Shown: one piece after another, positions 18,391-26,869 of the stretch
Layout: each line of letters opens with the position of its first letter
Position numbering within the stretch: position 1 is the first letter of the stretch
IMG/VR virus record: IMGVR_UViG_3300037258_000301
Location: 1 to 64,000 of that record
From: a virus
Length of the DNA: 64,000 nucleotides
Reading direction: 5' to 3' (one strand)
Notes under the pieces: generated by a model
What the model saw: only the letters and a program-made list of their open reading frames with translations
Databases searched by the model: none
What the model was told of the DNA's origin: nothing
Position numbers and translations under genes: made by a program

Positions 18391-18476
18391 TTAGTACTTC
18401 GCTGTACCTTTGCCTTGCGGTACTATACCCTCCGTACTAGATTGCGGGATAGAGTCGATCGACTTTAACCGTACGG
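18391..18476. promoter_or_regulatory. divergent promoter/operator region
   Basis: TTGCGG-N17-TAGATT on +; five GTAC-centred boxes. Confidence 0.55.
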
Positions 18477-18717
18477 GGAGAGAGGTTCGCTTGATGACCG
18501 CCACACGGGCCAACGAGGCACCGGGCAACGCAGTCTCAGGGACTCACTCCTTCTCCACCATCCAGTCCAGCCCCCATCGTGAACTGCCGAGTCGCGTCAC
18601 CACCCTCGGCGACTCCCCCGCCCCGCCCCTGCCGGTCACCTCCACGGTGACCCACGAGCTGGGGGAGTCGCCGACCCCGTCTTGCACTACCAACATCGAA
18701 CGGAGGGGTGTCTGATC

Positions 18718-20034
18718 ATGTGGCCGTTCACCTCTCACACCACTGACGTGTCCGCGTGGCGCCGAGTACGTAACGCCCGCATCGAGCGTCGGGCCACGGC
18801 ACTGACCAACCTTGCCAGTGCTACTCAGAATCTGGCCGAATCCGAATTCACGTTGACCGCTGCTCGGGATCTACAAGCAGATGTTCGTGAGCATCCCACG
18901 CCGTCGCCCAGCAGGAAGACGATGACCACGGCGGATCGGCTCTGGACCGTGATGATCGGGATCCTGGCCAATGGTGCGGCGATCTTCATGGCGATCATCG
19001 CACTGGGGCTCGGTACCACCTTCTGGGCCGCCCACCTGCCATCCAGCGCTCAGTCGGTACACATATTCGCGGTGCCACTGCCCATCGATCTCACCACCAT
19101 GATTCCGGTGGGGTTCGAGTCCACCATCTGGGTGCTCACCGCCATGGCCACCGTGCTGGCCTGCTTCTCGTTGCGCTCGGGTGCCTACACACGCCCGATG
19201 TGGGCAATCGCCTCGGTAATCGCCCTGATCAACGGAGTTCACAACTCGACCTACGACCTGCTTGGCGGCCTCGGTCTCGGAGCCCTCTCGCTGGCCTCCC
19301 CGTATCTGGTGCACAAGTACGTGCTGTTCGTGCGGTCTATGACGCATGGCAAGACGATTCTGGAATCCATCATCGGAAACCAGTCCCGGTGGAAGTTCAT
19401 CGGGAAGGTTGCGGCGGCTCTCGCGCACGCTCTGATGAAGTCGGCCGTCTCGATCCTGGACTTCATCCTGCACCCGGTCTTGACCATCCTCGCCGTCCTG
19501 CTGTGGCGCATGCACCGAGGCATCAGCTACGGCCATGCCCACGGGGTCGTCGTCACGCATCTGCGTAACCGGCGGGCCGGCTGGGAGAAGCAAGGTGACC
19601 GCCAGATCCAGACCTACCAGCTGCGGCTGATTGATCTGATCGACCCGGTGGAGATCGCCGCTCCGCGCTCTCCTCGGAAGCGCTCCAGCACTCCGGTGCC
19701 GCGCGCCGCTCAGGCGGAGGCCAAGGAGGTCCCGGTGGCCGTCATCCCGCCCACGGAGGAGCCCGAGCCCACGAATCTGGTGTCGATCGAGCAGCTCACC
19801 GGTCGGCCGGAATGGGTCACTCATGACATGACCCCGGCCGAGGCCATGACGGCCCACCTGAATCACCTGGGTGAGACCCAGGGCGTGCTGCTGGAACGGT
19901 GGGCGAACAGCGTCGGTTACCGCGACAAGTACAGCCCCGGCCTGGGTCGCAAGACGCTCTACACGTGGCGCAAGCAGCAGGCGAGCGTCACCGTCACCGA
20001 TGACGCTTCTGACGTCGCGGTCGGGGGCGAGTGA
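18718..20034 (+). CDS. SpdB2/DUF2637-like multi-TM spread protein
   Basis: Several TM helices, Pro-rich linker, soluble C-terminal domain; first gene of operon divergent from GntR. Confidence 0.6.
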   Translation: MWPFTSHTTDVSAWRRVRNARIERRATALTNLASATQNLAESEFTLTAARDLQADVREHPTPSPSRKTMTTADRLWTVMIGILANGAAIFMAIIALGLGTTFWAAHLPSSAQSVHIFAVPLPIDLTTMIPVGFESTIWVLTAMATVLACFSLRSGAYTRPMWAIASVIALINGVHNSTYDLLGGLGLGALSLASPYLVHKYVLFVRSMTHGKTILESIIGNQSRWKFIGKVAAALAHALMKSAVSILDFILHPVLTILAVLLWRMHRGISYGHAHGVVVTHLRNRRAGWEKQGDRQIQTYQLRLIDLIDPVEIAAPRSPRKRSSTPVPRAAQAEAKEVPVAVIPPTEEPEPTNLVSIEQLTGRPEWVTHDMTPAEAMTAHLNHLGETQGVLLERWANSVGYRDKYSPGLGRKTLYTWRKQQASVTVTDDASDVAVGGE

Positions 20035-20470
20035 TGGAACGCATGACGCTCTCGGTGACGGTGGACCGTCATGGCGGAACGGTGTCCGACCGTCAGTGCG
20101 ATGACGGTGACGGTGGAACGGTGACGCTTGTGGAACGGTCATGGAACGTCAGTGGCCGTTCCACCGTCACCGTCATGACGGAACGCTATGACGGTGACGG
20201 TGTCCAGGCGTCACTGCGGGAACGCCCAGCTAGGACGCCAGTGACGGTCAACGCTGACGGTGGCTTGACCGTTCCGTTGACCGCCACTGACGGACGGTCT
20301 CGCACCGTTCTCCTGACGGGCCCGGATCAGCTCAGCGTCCTTGACGGCTTGCGTGAGTGGCTGATGCACCGTCCCGGCGTGACGCTCGCGTCACTGACGT
20401 TCCGTGGTAATTCGTGGAACGCCGAAGTGACGACCACCGTCATTGAGAACGCTGACGGAACGGTGCGGGC
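19985..20470. repeat. dense field of TGACG/CGTCA and GAACG/CGTTC motifs (candidate clt-like site)
   Basis: Hand count about 29 TGACG and about 14 GAACG (both strands) in about 480 bp. Confidence 0.8.
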
Positions 20471-20690
20471 GTCGCGCCAAGAGCGTCCCGAGTGGCTGAG
20501 CGACGAACTACTGGCCGGTACCGCCTCCACGGCGATGTTCGCCTATCTCGATCACAACCCGGACACCGATGAGGTCGAGTTGACTCGATGGGCGCGTCAA
20601 TATTTCCGCATTCGGCCGGGCTACGGCCGGAAAATCAAGCTCCGCTGGCGGCAACAACGGACATTTCTGGTGATTCGTCACTCACAGTGA
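20031..20690 (+). CDS. protein with repeat-encoded N-terminus and C-terminal domain paralogous to upstream gene
   Basis: RPEW...AM.A.L.H...L.RWA...PG.GRK...WR.Q shared with 18718-20034. Confidence 0.65.
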   Translation: MMERMTLSVTVDRHGGTVSDRQCDDGDGGTVTLVERSWNVSGRSTVTVMTERYDGDGVQASLRERPARTPVTVNADGGLTVPLTATDGRSRTVLLTGPDQLSVLDGLREWLMHRPGVTLASLTFRGNSWNAEVTTTVIENADGTVRASRQERPEWLSDELLAGTASTAMFAYLDHNPDTDEVELTRWARQYFRIRPGYGRKIKLRWRQQRTFLVIRHSQ

Positions 20691-20834
20691 AGTTTTTAAA
20701 AACAAAACTTCGGAGGGTGTCGATCTCCGAAGTCCTGAACAGCACAAACAGCTTTCGCAGTCAGTAAGACAAAAACTTTCCAAAACTTCTCCACCCGGAT
20801 TTCCGCTACATACCGTCACAGAAAGGGCGGCACA

Positions 20835-21341
20835 GTGAAGGAAGCAACCAGCGCGGCGGTGGGGTTGGTGGCACTTGTTGCCGTCATCCTCATCTGGACC
20901 ATCGGCCACAAACACACTCCGCGCCTCGTCCTGGCCCTGACCATCACCGCGAGCGTCTGTTTTCTCTCTACCCGCATCGGCACCTGGATCAAGGACGTCA
21001 TGCATGACGTCAACAGTTGGATGGGTGACGTGCTGGGATGGCTGTTCGGTGCGACCTTCGTCGGGTTCATCGCCTTCGTCTGCGCCTACATCATCGTGAT
21101 CGACCTCAAGGCCAGTGGCGGGGGCGGCCGTGGTGGCGGGGGCGGCGGAGGAGGGGGTGGTGGTGGCAGCTTCCTGCGGCGCCTCAAGGGGCACTCCGTC
21201 TCTGACCGCACCCTCGTCGCCGGGGGTGTCCTGCCTTTCGCCGCGATCGCCCTGCCGGGCCTGATCGGCCTGGGCATCCTCACCGTCCTGAGCTGGATCT
21301 CCGGCACCGTGGCCGGCGGCATCGACCTGTTGTTCCGCTGA
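20835..21341 (+). CDS. Spd-like membrane protein with poly-Gly loop
   Basis: 4-5 hydrophobic segments; GAAAGG RBS. Confidence 0.7.
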   Translation: MKEATSAAVGLVALVAVILIWTIGHKHTPRLVLALTITASVCFLSTRIGTWIKDVMHDVNSWMGDVLGWLFGATFVGFIAFVCAYIIVIDLKASGGGGRGGGGGGGGGGGGSFLRRLKGHSVSDRTLVAGGVLPFAAIALPGLIGLGILTVLSWISGTVAGGIDLLFR

Positions 21342-21369
21342 GCGCATCTACCCCACAGAAGGAATCCCC

Positions 21370-21699
21370 ATGACCGATACGTCCACTCCCCAGCTGACGG
21401 TCGACGGCCTGCTGATCTCCGCGAAGGGCCATCTCGCCGCCGCGAGCACCACCACCAGCCACCAGTCCCGTCACCACAGCCGGATCGCTCACCGGTACGC
21501 CTGCTGCGCGTCTCTGCTCATCAGTGATCCGTTGGCCGCCAGTGACCTCAACGAGGTGGTTGTCCTGCTACACCAAGCCCAGACCCACGGGCCCTACGAC
21601 TTCGGTCAGGACGAGATCGACTACCTCAATCTCGCCTGGATCCGTCTCGACATGGCCGAGGTCGCCCATCGTGGCCGGCTGTCCCTGAAGGAGAGCTGA
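21370..21699 (+). CDS. hypothetical protein
   Basis: AAGGA RBS. Confidence 0.7.
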   Translation: MTDTSTPQLTVDGLLISAKGHLAAASTTTSHQSRHHSRIAHRYACCASLLISDPLAASDLNEVVVLLHQAQTHGPYDFGQDEIDYLNLAWIRLDMAEVAHRGRLSLKES

Positions 21700-21700
21700 C

Positions 21701-23077
21701 ATGCCGCTCTGGTTCATCCTGATCTTGCTGGTCGCGCTGTACTTCGGCATGAAGAAGGGCGCTTTCCGGTTGGGTAGCTCGATCGCCAACGCCTACAAGA
21801 GCGGCAAGGCCGATGCCGGAGCCTCGAAAGCTGCGCGGCGCAGCCTCACCTCCGATGCGGTCGACGCCGGCCACGGTGGCACCACCCGCAAGGCCGCCTC
21901 TACTACGGCCGCCGCTCTGGGCGCCACCGTCAGTGGCACCCGGGTGCACGCGCACGCCGCCCGGCGGGGTTTCGCCGAAGGGTGGAAGGAGGGCAAGGCG
22001 AAGGTCTTGGCCCGCCGGGACCCCAGCAAGGATTTCGTGCCGACCGGTACGCACGCCACTGCGAAGGAAGGTGATGGGGTGCCCTGGTGGCGTCGCTGGG
22101 GCAAGAACAAAGGCAAGTCGGCCAAGTGCGCGGTCATCGTCACCACCCACCTGCCCGATGGCAGCATCAAACAGGCCCCCTGCGGCAAGCGCTACTCCCT
22201 GCTGCCGGACCCGAACGGGGTCATTCTCACCAACTGCGGCGCCCACCCGCTCGACACCGAACTTGCCCCGCCAGCTCCCGCACCCGTCCGGGCCCCCACT
22301 GCCGCCCCCGGCCCCGGTCGCCCGACGATCGAACCGATGGAATTCGAGAAGTGGGTGGCCTGCACCAACCTGATACCAGCCGGAGTCAATCCCTTCCTCC
22401 CACCTGGTACTCCAGAGCACCCGTCGAGGATTCCCTGCGGGGAGTTGTATGAACTCGTTCCCAATGCCGCAGGCGTCATGCCCACCTCGTGTGCGCGTTG
22501 TCGCGAATTTTTCCCTACCCGCACCAAAGAGAACACAAAGGAGAACCCCTCCATGACCACACCTACCGTTCCCGCTGCCCCCGCACCGGCAACTCCTGCA
22601 CCGGCTGCCCCCGCACCGGCCGGCGAGGTCACGAGCATGACTGAGTTGTTGGGTGAGCTGGAGCGCATCCAGAAGGAGAACCTCGCCGAACTCGACGATG
22701 CCAAGGCTGACGCCGCTCGGGCCACCACCGACATGGAAGATGCCGGGGCTGACCTGAGCTTGGCCAAAACTGAGGCCGCCTCGATCGACACGATGGTGGG
22801 GTGCCTGAGCCGTCCCGAGCTGAAGCTGGACCCCGCCTCGATCGGGGACGTCTCCGCTCAGATCGACGGGGCACAGCAGCGCATCAAGCTGGCCGCTGAC
22901 CGTCTCGGCGCCGCCGAGGCTCGGTTGAACCTGGCCAACAGCCGCGCCCAGATCGCCGAGGGTCGTCTGGCCGCCGCCAACAAGGCGCACGCCAGCATCA
23001 AGGCGCGTCACGACGTGCACCGTGAGGCTCACGCCGCCTCCCCGGTGCCCGCTGCCGGCGCCGAGTTCTACGAATAA
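21701..23077 (+). CDS. membrane-anchored Pro-rich/coiled-coil transfer-associated protein
   Basis: N-terminal TM, Cys clusters, C-terminal coiled coil; directly upstream of traB-like gene. Confidence 0.7.
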   Translation: MPLWFILILLVALYFGMKKGAFRLGSSIANAYKSGKADAGASKAARRSLTSDAVDAGHGGTTRKAASTTAAALGATVSGTRVHAHAARRGFAEGWKEGKAKVLARRDPSKDFVPTGTHATAKEGDGVPWWRRWGKNKGKSAKCAVIVTTHLPDGSIKQAPCGKRYSLLPDPNGVILTNCGAHPLDTELAPPAPAPVRAPTAAPGPGRPTIEPMEFEKWVACTNLIPAGVNPFLPPGTPEHPSRIPCGELYELVPNAAGVMPTSCARCREFFPTRTKENTKENPSMTTPTVPAAPAPATPAPAAPAPAGEVTSMTELLGELERIQKENLAELDDAKADAARATTDMEDAGADLSLAKTEAASIDTMVGCLSRPELKLDPASIGDVSAQIDGAQQRIKLAADRLGAAEARLNLANSRAQIAEGRLAAANKAHASIKARHDVHREAHAASPVPAAGAEFYE

Positions 23078-23107
23078 CCAGCACGAGTAGCAGGAAGGCA
23101 CATCACG

Positions 23108-26100
23108 ATGGTCAACTCCCGACCTGGCATGAAGTCGAAGAAGGGATTCCTGGGGAAGTTGTTCTCCCTGGGTGGTCGCGGTCTTCGGCATGTCGTCAAG
23201 AAGGGTGTCCACCACGGCCACAAGCACCGGGTTCGTCTGGTGCCGGTGTACGTGGGCATCGTGATGTGGCTGCTTGCTTCCGTGCTCTACCTGGTCCCGC
23301 AAGGCTGGAAGACCGCATTCCTGCCGGTCGGTCTCACCGCGCTGGTGCTGTTCCTCTACGGACGGCACCGGCGCGGTGAGAAGCCCGCTCGTCCCATCCC
23401 CACCCGCCACCACCTCTACCTGTGGGTCTGCTGGGCCGGCGCCTCGGCATGGTTCATTCTCGCCGCGTTGTGGGGTCCGCTGACCCACTTGTTCTCCGGG
23501 GTGCTGCTGATCGGCGTGCTCGCCTCGGGAGTGCCCTACTGGTGGCACCGCTTTGCTCGCGCCCACTACCAGCCCGCGCCCGCGCCCGTCGCGGAGAAGG
23601 TTGTCGAGAAGGACACGGTCGAGCCAGAGATCGCCCTGTGGGTCAAGAAGGTCCAGAAGGACGGTGGCGCGGTCCCCGGTACCGAACTGGATGGCTTCGA
23701 ACGGCTGGAGAACGGCAATGGGTGGGAGAGCCCGTTGAAGTTCACCGACGACAAGGTGGGGATCGAAGAGGCGTTCGCTCAGCAGGTGCGGTTGAGTCGC
23801 ATCTACGACGTGCCGCTGCCCAACATCGTGCTGCGTCCCGCCCCGGACGGGCGTCCCACCCGAGGGCACATCACCGTGCTGCAACGCAACCCGCTGGCTA
23901 TCCCGACCCTGTGGGCTGGCCCTTCCATGACCGAGGACGGTACCTGCCGGATCGGTGTTCACCCCGACGGCCGGGAAGCCCGGATCCGCCTCTGGCGTCC
24001 CGACTCGGGCGCGGTGCACATGCTCATGGCCGGCTGCACCGACTCCGGAAAAGCGCTTGCACTCGATACTCCTGTTCCCACGCCGAATGGCTGGACGACG
24101 ATGGGCGAGTTGGCTGTGGGTGATCAGGTGTTCGATGAGCATGGGCAACCCACTCAAGTCATCGCCGCGACTGAAGTGATGATGGATCGTCCTTGTTATG
24201 AAGTCGAGTTTTCGGATGGCACCGTGATCGTCGCCGATGCCAAGCACCAGTGGGTGACGACTACCCATCAGGGGCGCCGTCAACAAAAGCCTCGTCGAGC
24301 AACTTTTCGTGATTCACCAGAGGCACGAGCACTCGTCTCCGACGTGACCACTTCCGTACTCGCCCAGCCCGATCGGCTCGTTTGTGTTCAGGACGTTGTT
24401 GACCTTGTGGGGAAGCGGTTCGAGGCACGTATCCGAACCATCATGGACAGGTTGCCGTCCGCCCCGAAGGCGGTTGAGCGATCAAGGACTCAGACTCGTG
24501 CTGGTTGTACTTACACGCATGTACAGCGCTATGCGGGCTGTTCGGCTCATGCCGTATACAAGGAGCTTGACCTGCGAGTCTCTGCTGATCGAGGCGCACA
24601 TCGAGTAGCTCCAGCAGATACTGGACCGATTACGACGGAGCACATCGCGGCAACGCTGCACCCAACGGGAGATGCCGGTCGGGTCAATCACGCAATTGAG
24701 CTTTGTGGTGCGCTGGAATACGCAGAAAAGGATCTTCCAGTTGCTCCCTACACCCTCGGTGCGTGGTTGGGTGATGGTGACTCTCGCGATCCGTCTCTTA
24801 CGGCATTCGATCCAGAAGTGCTTGATCGTGTTCGTGTGGACGGCTACCTCATCAAGGGGCGTAGCGAGGTGGGTCACTACGGCATTGTCATCGAAGGTAC
24901 TGAGCACGCCAAAGACGGATCTAGCATGACTGCGATCATGCGGAAGTTGGGAGTTCTCAGCAACAAGCACATCCCAGACATCTACCTACAGAGTTCTGTC
25001 GAGCAACGTCGCGCTCTTCTGGCTGGTTTGCTGGACACCGACGGTTACTGCTCGGTACATGGTGTGGTGGAGTTCGCGGTAACGGACCCTCGTCTGGCAC
25101 ATGATGCGTTGGAGCTAGTGCTAGGTCTTGGCTACAAGGCCACCTTCCGAGAGAAGCCCGTTCCGATGGGGCGTCCTGGACGTACCGTCGCGTACACGGT
25201 GGAATTCACTGCTCCGGAGCCGGTGTTCGGTCTCTCTCGCAAGGCGGTTAGGCAGCGTCCGATGAAGAGGCAGGCTCGATCGCAACGTCGGTACATCGTC
25301 GATGTGCGGTCGATCCCCTCTGTGCCTGTGCGCTGTATTCAGGTGAATGCTGTGAGCAGCCTCTATCTGGCAAGCCGAAGCTGTATTCCTACGCACAACA
25401 GCAGATTGACCGATTTGCTCCTTGCTGAGGAGCGGCATTCGACGCTGGTCTCCAGCTTCGTGATCGACCCGCAGGGTGGCCAGTCCCTGCCGGCCTGGCG
25501 TGATGCCGTGGCCGAGTTCGCCACCGACGCCGCCGAAGGCCGGGACCTGCTGGAGCATGCCGTCGATATCATGTTCTGCCGCAACAAGGTGCTGTCCAAG
25601 GAGGTCTGGTACGACGCCAAGGGTCGTGAGCGCGTCGGCAAGGACTTCTTCGAGCCCACCCCCGAGCGCCCGCTGATCTCGATCACCGTGGACGAGGCCC
25701 AGGCTATTCTGGCCGATCCCCGCGCGATCAAGGCCGCCGAGCAACTGGCCGGCATGGCCCGTAAGTGCGGCCTGGCACTGCGTCTGATCACGCAACTACC
25801 GCTGCTCGCGCAGCTGGGCAACTCGATGTATCTACGCGGACAAGTCGCGGCCGGCAACGTCATCGTGCTGCGTACCGCCGAGCGGCTCTCCGGGCAGGTC
25901 GCGTTCAACGGCGCCCTGCCCGGCGCCGACCCGGCCATGCTGCCTCGCGTGTGGCCGGACGGTTCCACCACGGCCGGTCTGGGCTACCTGCTGGGGGCCA
26001 GCGCCCACCAGTCCATGTACCGAACCGACTTCCTCAACCGGGAGAACGTCTACGACTGGGTGGTCTCCGGCGAGACCACCTACGTTGACGCGGCCTCACG

Positions 26101-26383
26101 TCCCCAGCCCGAGGCTCCCCGCCTGCACGCGGTACCCAACAATCCGGAGCCTCCTTCCGGTGATCAGCCGTGGCAGAGCGGTAGGGCCCGGGAACGGATC
26201 CTCGCCTACCTGGCCTCGTCCGAGACGGTTCGCCGGACCACCGTCATCGCCGCCGCCTGCGGTATCGACAAGTCCACCGCGTCCAACATGCTCCGCGTGC
26301 TGGTCGGCGAGGGTCTCGTGCGCGATCACGGGCGCGGGGACTGGTCGCACATCGATTTGGCATTCCAGTCCGCGTCCTACTGA
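23108..26383 (+). CDS. traB: TraB-type FtsK/SpoIIIE DNA translocase, intein-containing
   Basis: N-terminal TMs; Walker A AGCTDSGK|S split by intein; Walker B ISITVDEAQ; ARKCG...ITQ; C-terminal wHTH. Confidence 0.85.
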   Translation: MVNSRPGMKSKKGFLGKLFSLGGRGLRHVVKKGVHHGHKHRVRLVPVYVGIVMWLLASVLYLVPQGWKTAFLPVGLTALVLFLYGRHRRGEKPARPIPTRHHLYLWVCWAGASAWFILAALWGPLTHLFSGVLLIGVLASGVPYWWHRFARAHYQPAPAPVAEKVVEKDTVEPEIALWVKKVQKDGGAVPGTELDGFERLENGNGWESPLKFTDDKVGIEEAFAQQVRLSRIYDVPLPNIVLRPAPDGRPTRGHITVLQRNPLAIPTLWAGPSMTEDGTCRIGVHPDGREARIRLWRPDSGAVHMLMAGCTDSGKALALDTPVPTPNGWTTMGELAVGDQVFDEHGQPTQVIAATEVMMDRPCYEVEFSDGTVIVADAKHQWVTTTHQGRRQQKPRRATFRDSPEARALVSDVTTSVLAQPDRLVCVQDVVDLVGKRFEARIRTIMDRLPSAPKAVERSRTQTRAGCTYTHVQRYAGCSAHAVYKELDLRVSADRGAHRVAPADTGPITTEHIAATLHPTGDAGRVNHAIELCGALEYAEKDLPVAPYTLGAWLGDGDSRDPSLTAFDPEVLDRVRVDGYLIKGRSEVGHYGIVIEGTEHAKDGSSMTAIMRKLGVLSNKHIPDIYLQSSVEQRRALLAGLLDTDGYCSVHGVVEFAVTDPRLAHDALELVLGLGYKATFREKPVPMGRPGRTVAYTVEFTAPEPVFGLSRKAVRQRPMKRQARSQRRYIVDVRSIPSVPVRCIQVNAVSSLYLASRSCIPTHNSRLTDLLLAEERHSTLVSSFVIDPQGGQSLPAWRDAVAEFATDAAEGRDLLEHAVDIMFCRNKVLSKEVWYDAKGRERVGKDFFEPTPERPLISITVDEAQAILADPRAIKAAEQLAGMARKCGLALRLITQLPLLAQLGNSMYLRGQVAAGNVIVLRTAERLSGQVAFNGALPGADPAMLPRVWPDGSTTAGLGYLLGASAHQSMYRTDFLNRENVYDWVVSGETTYVDAASRPQPEAPRLHAVPNNPEPPSGDQPWQSGRARERILAYLASSETVRRTTVIAAACGIDKSTASNMLRVLVGEGLVRDHGRGDWSHIDLAFQSASY
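24053..25399 (+). mobile_element. class 3 intein with LAGLIDADG homing endonuclease (449 aa)
   Basis: Starts ALALDTP, block B HQW, block F VRCIQV, ends IPTHN|S; LGAWLGDG and LAGLLDTDG; codon usage shifts. Confidence 0.92.
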
Positions 26384-26393
26384 CATCGACCCC

Positions 26394-26440
26394 TTGGCGG
26401 TGTCAGGGGATCGCGTTAGAGTGTTTTCGTCACCAACACT
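26394..26440 (+). promoter_or_regulatory. repeated early promoter (TTGGCG-N17-TAGAGT...GTCACC)
   Basis: Copy of motif 10 bp after traB stop. Confidence 0.8.
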
Positions 26441-26459
26441 TTGCCCCTGGAGATCTCCT

Positions 26460-26867
26460 ATGACGACGCCCTCGTCGGCCCTTGCCTACCACCATGCCGA
26501 AGCGACCACCTGGGTCAACGACCCGCACCTGTCGATCACCGAACTGATCTGTGACGAGTACCGGATCACCCTGCGTGTACGGGACGCCCAGTCCCTCCTG
26601 TGGGCCCATGATCGACTCGGTACCTGGAAAGCTTTGGGATACCCACAGGTCTCGACGTTCGACGGTGCTCCCGAGTTGGCCGACCGATTCGTTCCGCATG
26701 CCTTCCTCGCGGTCACCGGTCGCTACTTCATGCTCGACGGCCCGAACATCGAGATGGTCGTCACCGTGATGACCACTGATCCCGCCGCGCTCGATCTGCT
26801 GCATTCTCGCGAGGCCAACGTGGATCTGATCGAGGCCATCGCCGCGCTCGAACTCAAGGAGAACTGA
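26460..26867 (+). CDS. hypothetical protein
   Basis: GGAG RBS after promoter. Confidence 0.7.
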   Translation: MTTPSSALAYHHAEATTWVNDPHLSITELICDEYRITLRVRDAQSLLWAHDRLGTWKALGYPQVSTFDGAPELADRFVPHAFLAVTGRYFMLDGPNIEMVVTVMTTDPAALDLLHSREANVDLIEAIAALELKEN

Positions 26868-26869
26868 TC

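Larger units (their letters stand above)
16415..26383. mobile_element. actinomycete plasmid/AICE-derived conjugation module (rep-like, korA-like, spd-like, traB-like)
   Basis: Gene content and divergent layout match Streptomyces TraB-type plasmids; no integrase or att seen. Confidence 0.7.

Noticed and set aside
19985-20470. Possible CRISPR array
   Set aside because: Repeats are 5-7 bp, irregularly spaced and in both orientations; no repeat-spacer period, no cas genes
21115-21168. G-rich tract as frameshift or sequencing error
   Set aside because: Frame stays open and encodes poly-Gly with mixed codons between TM helices
21626-24286. 886-aa minus-strand ORF (and similar long antisense ORFs at 11482, 18871, 31276, 35082, 39104, 41309, 59260, 62613)
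   Set aside because: Shadows of GC-rich + strand genes with no recognisable motifs, unlike the HNH at 58048
16300-26400. Complete integrated AICE with att sites
   Set aside because: No integrase/excisionase ORF or flanking direct repeat found by eye
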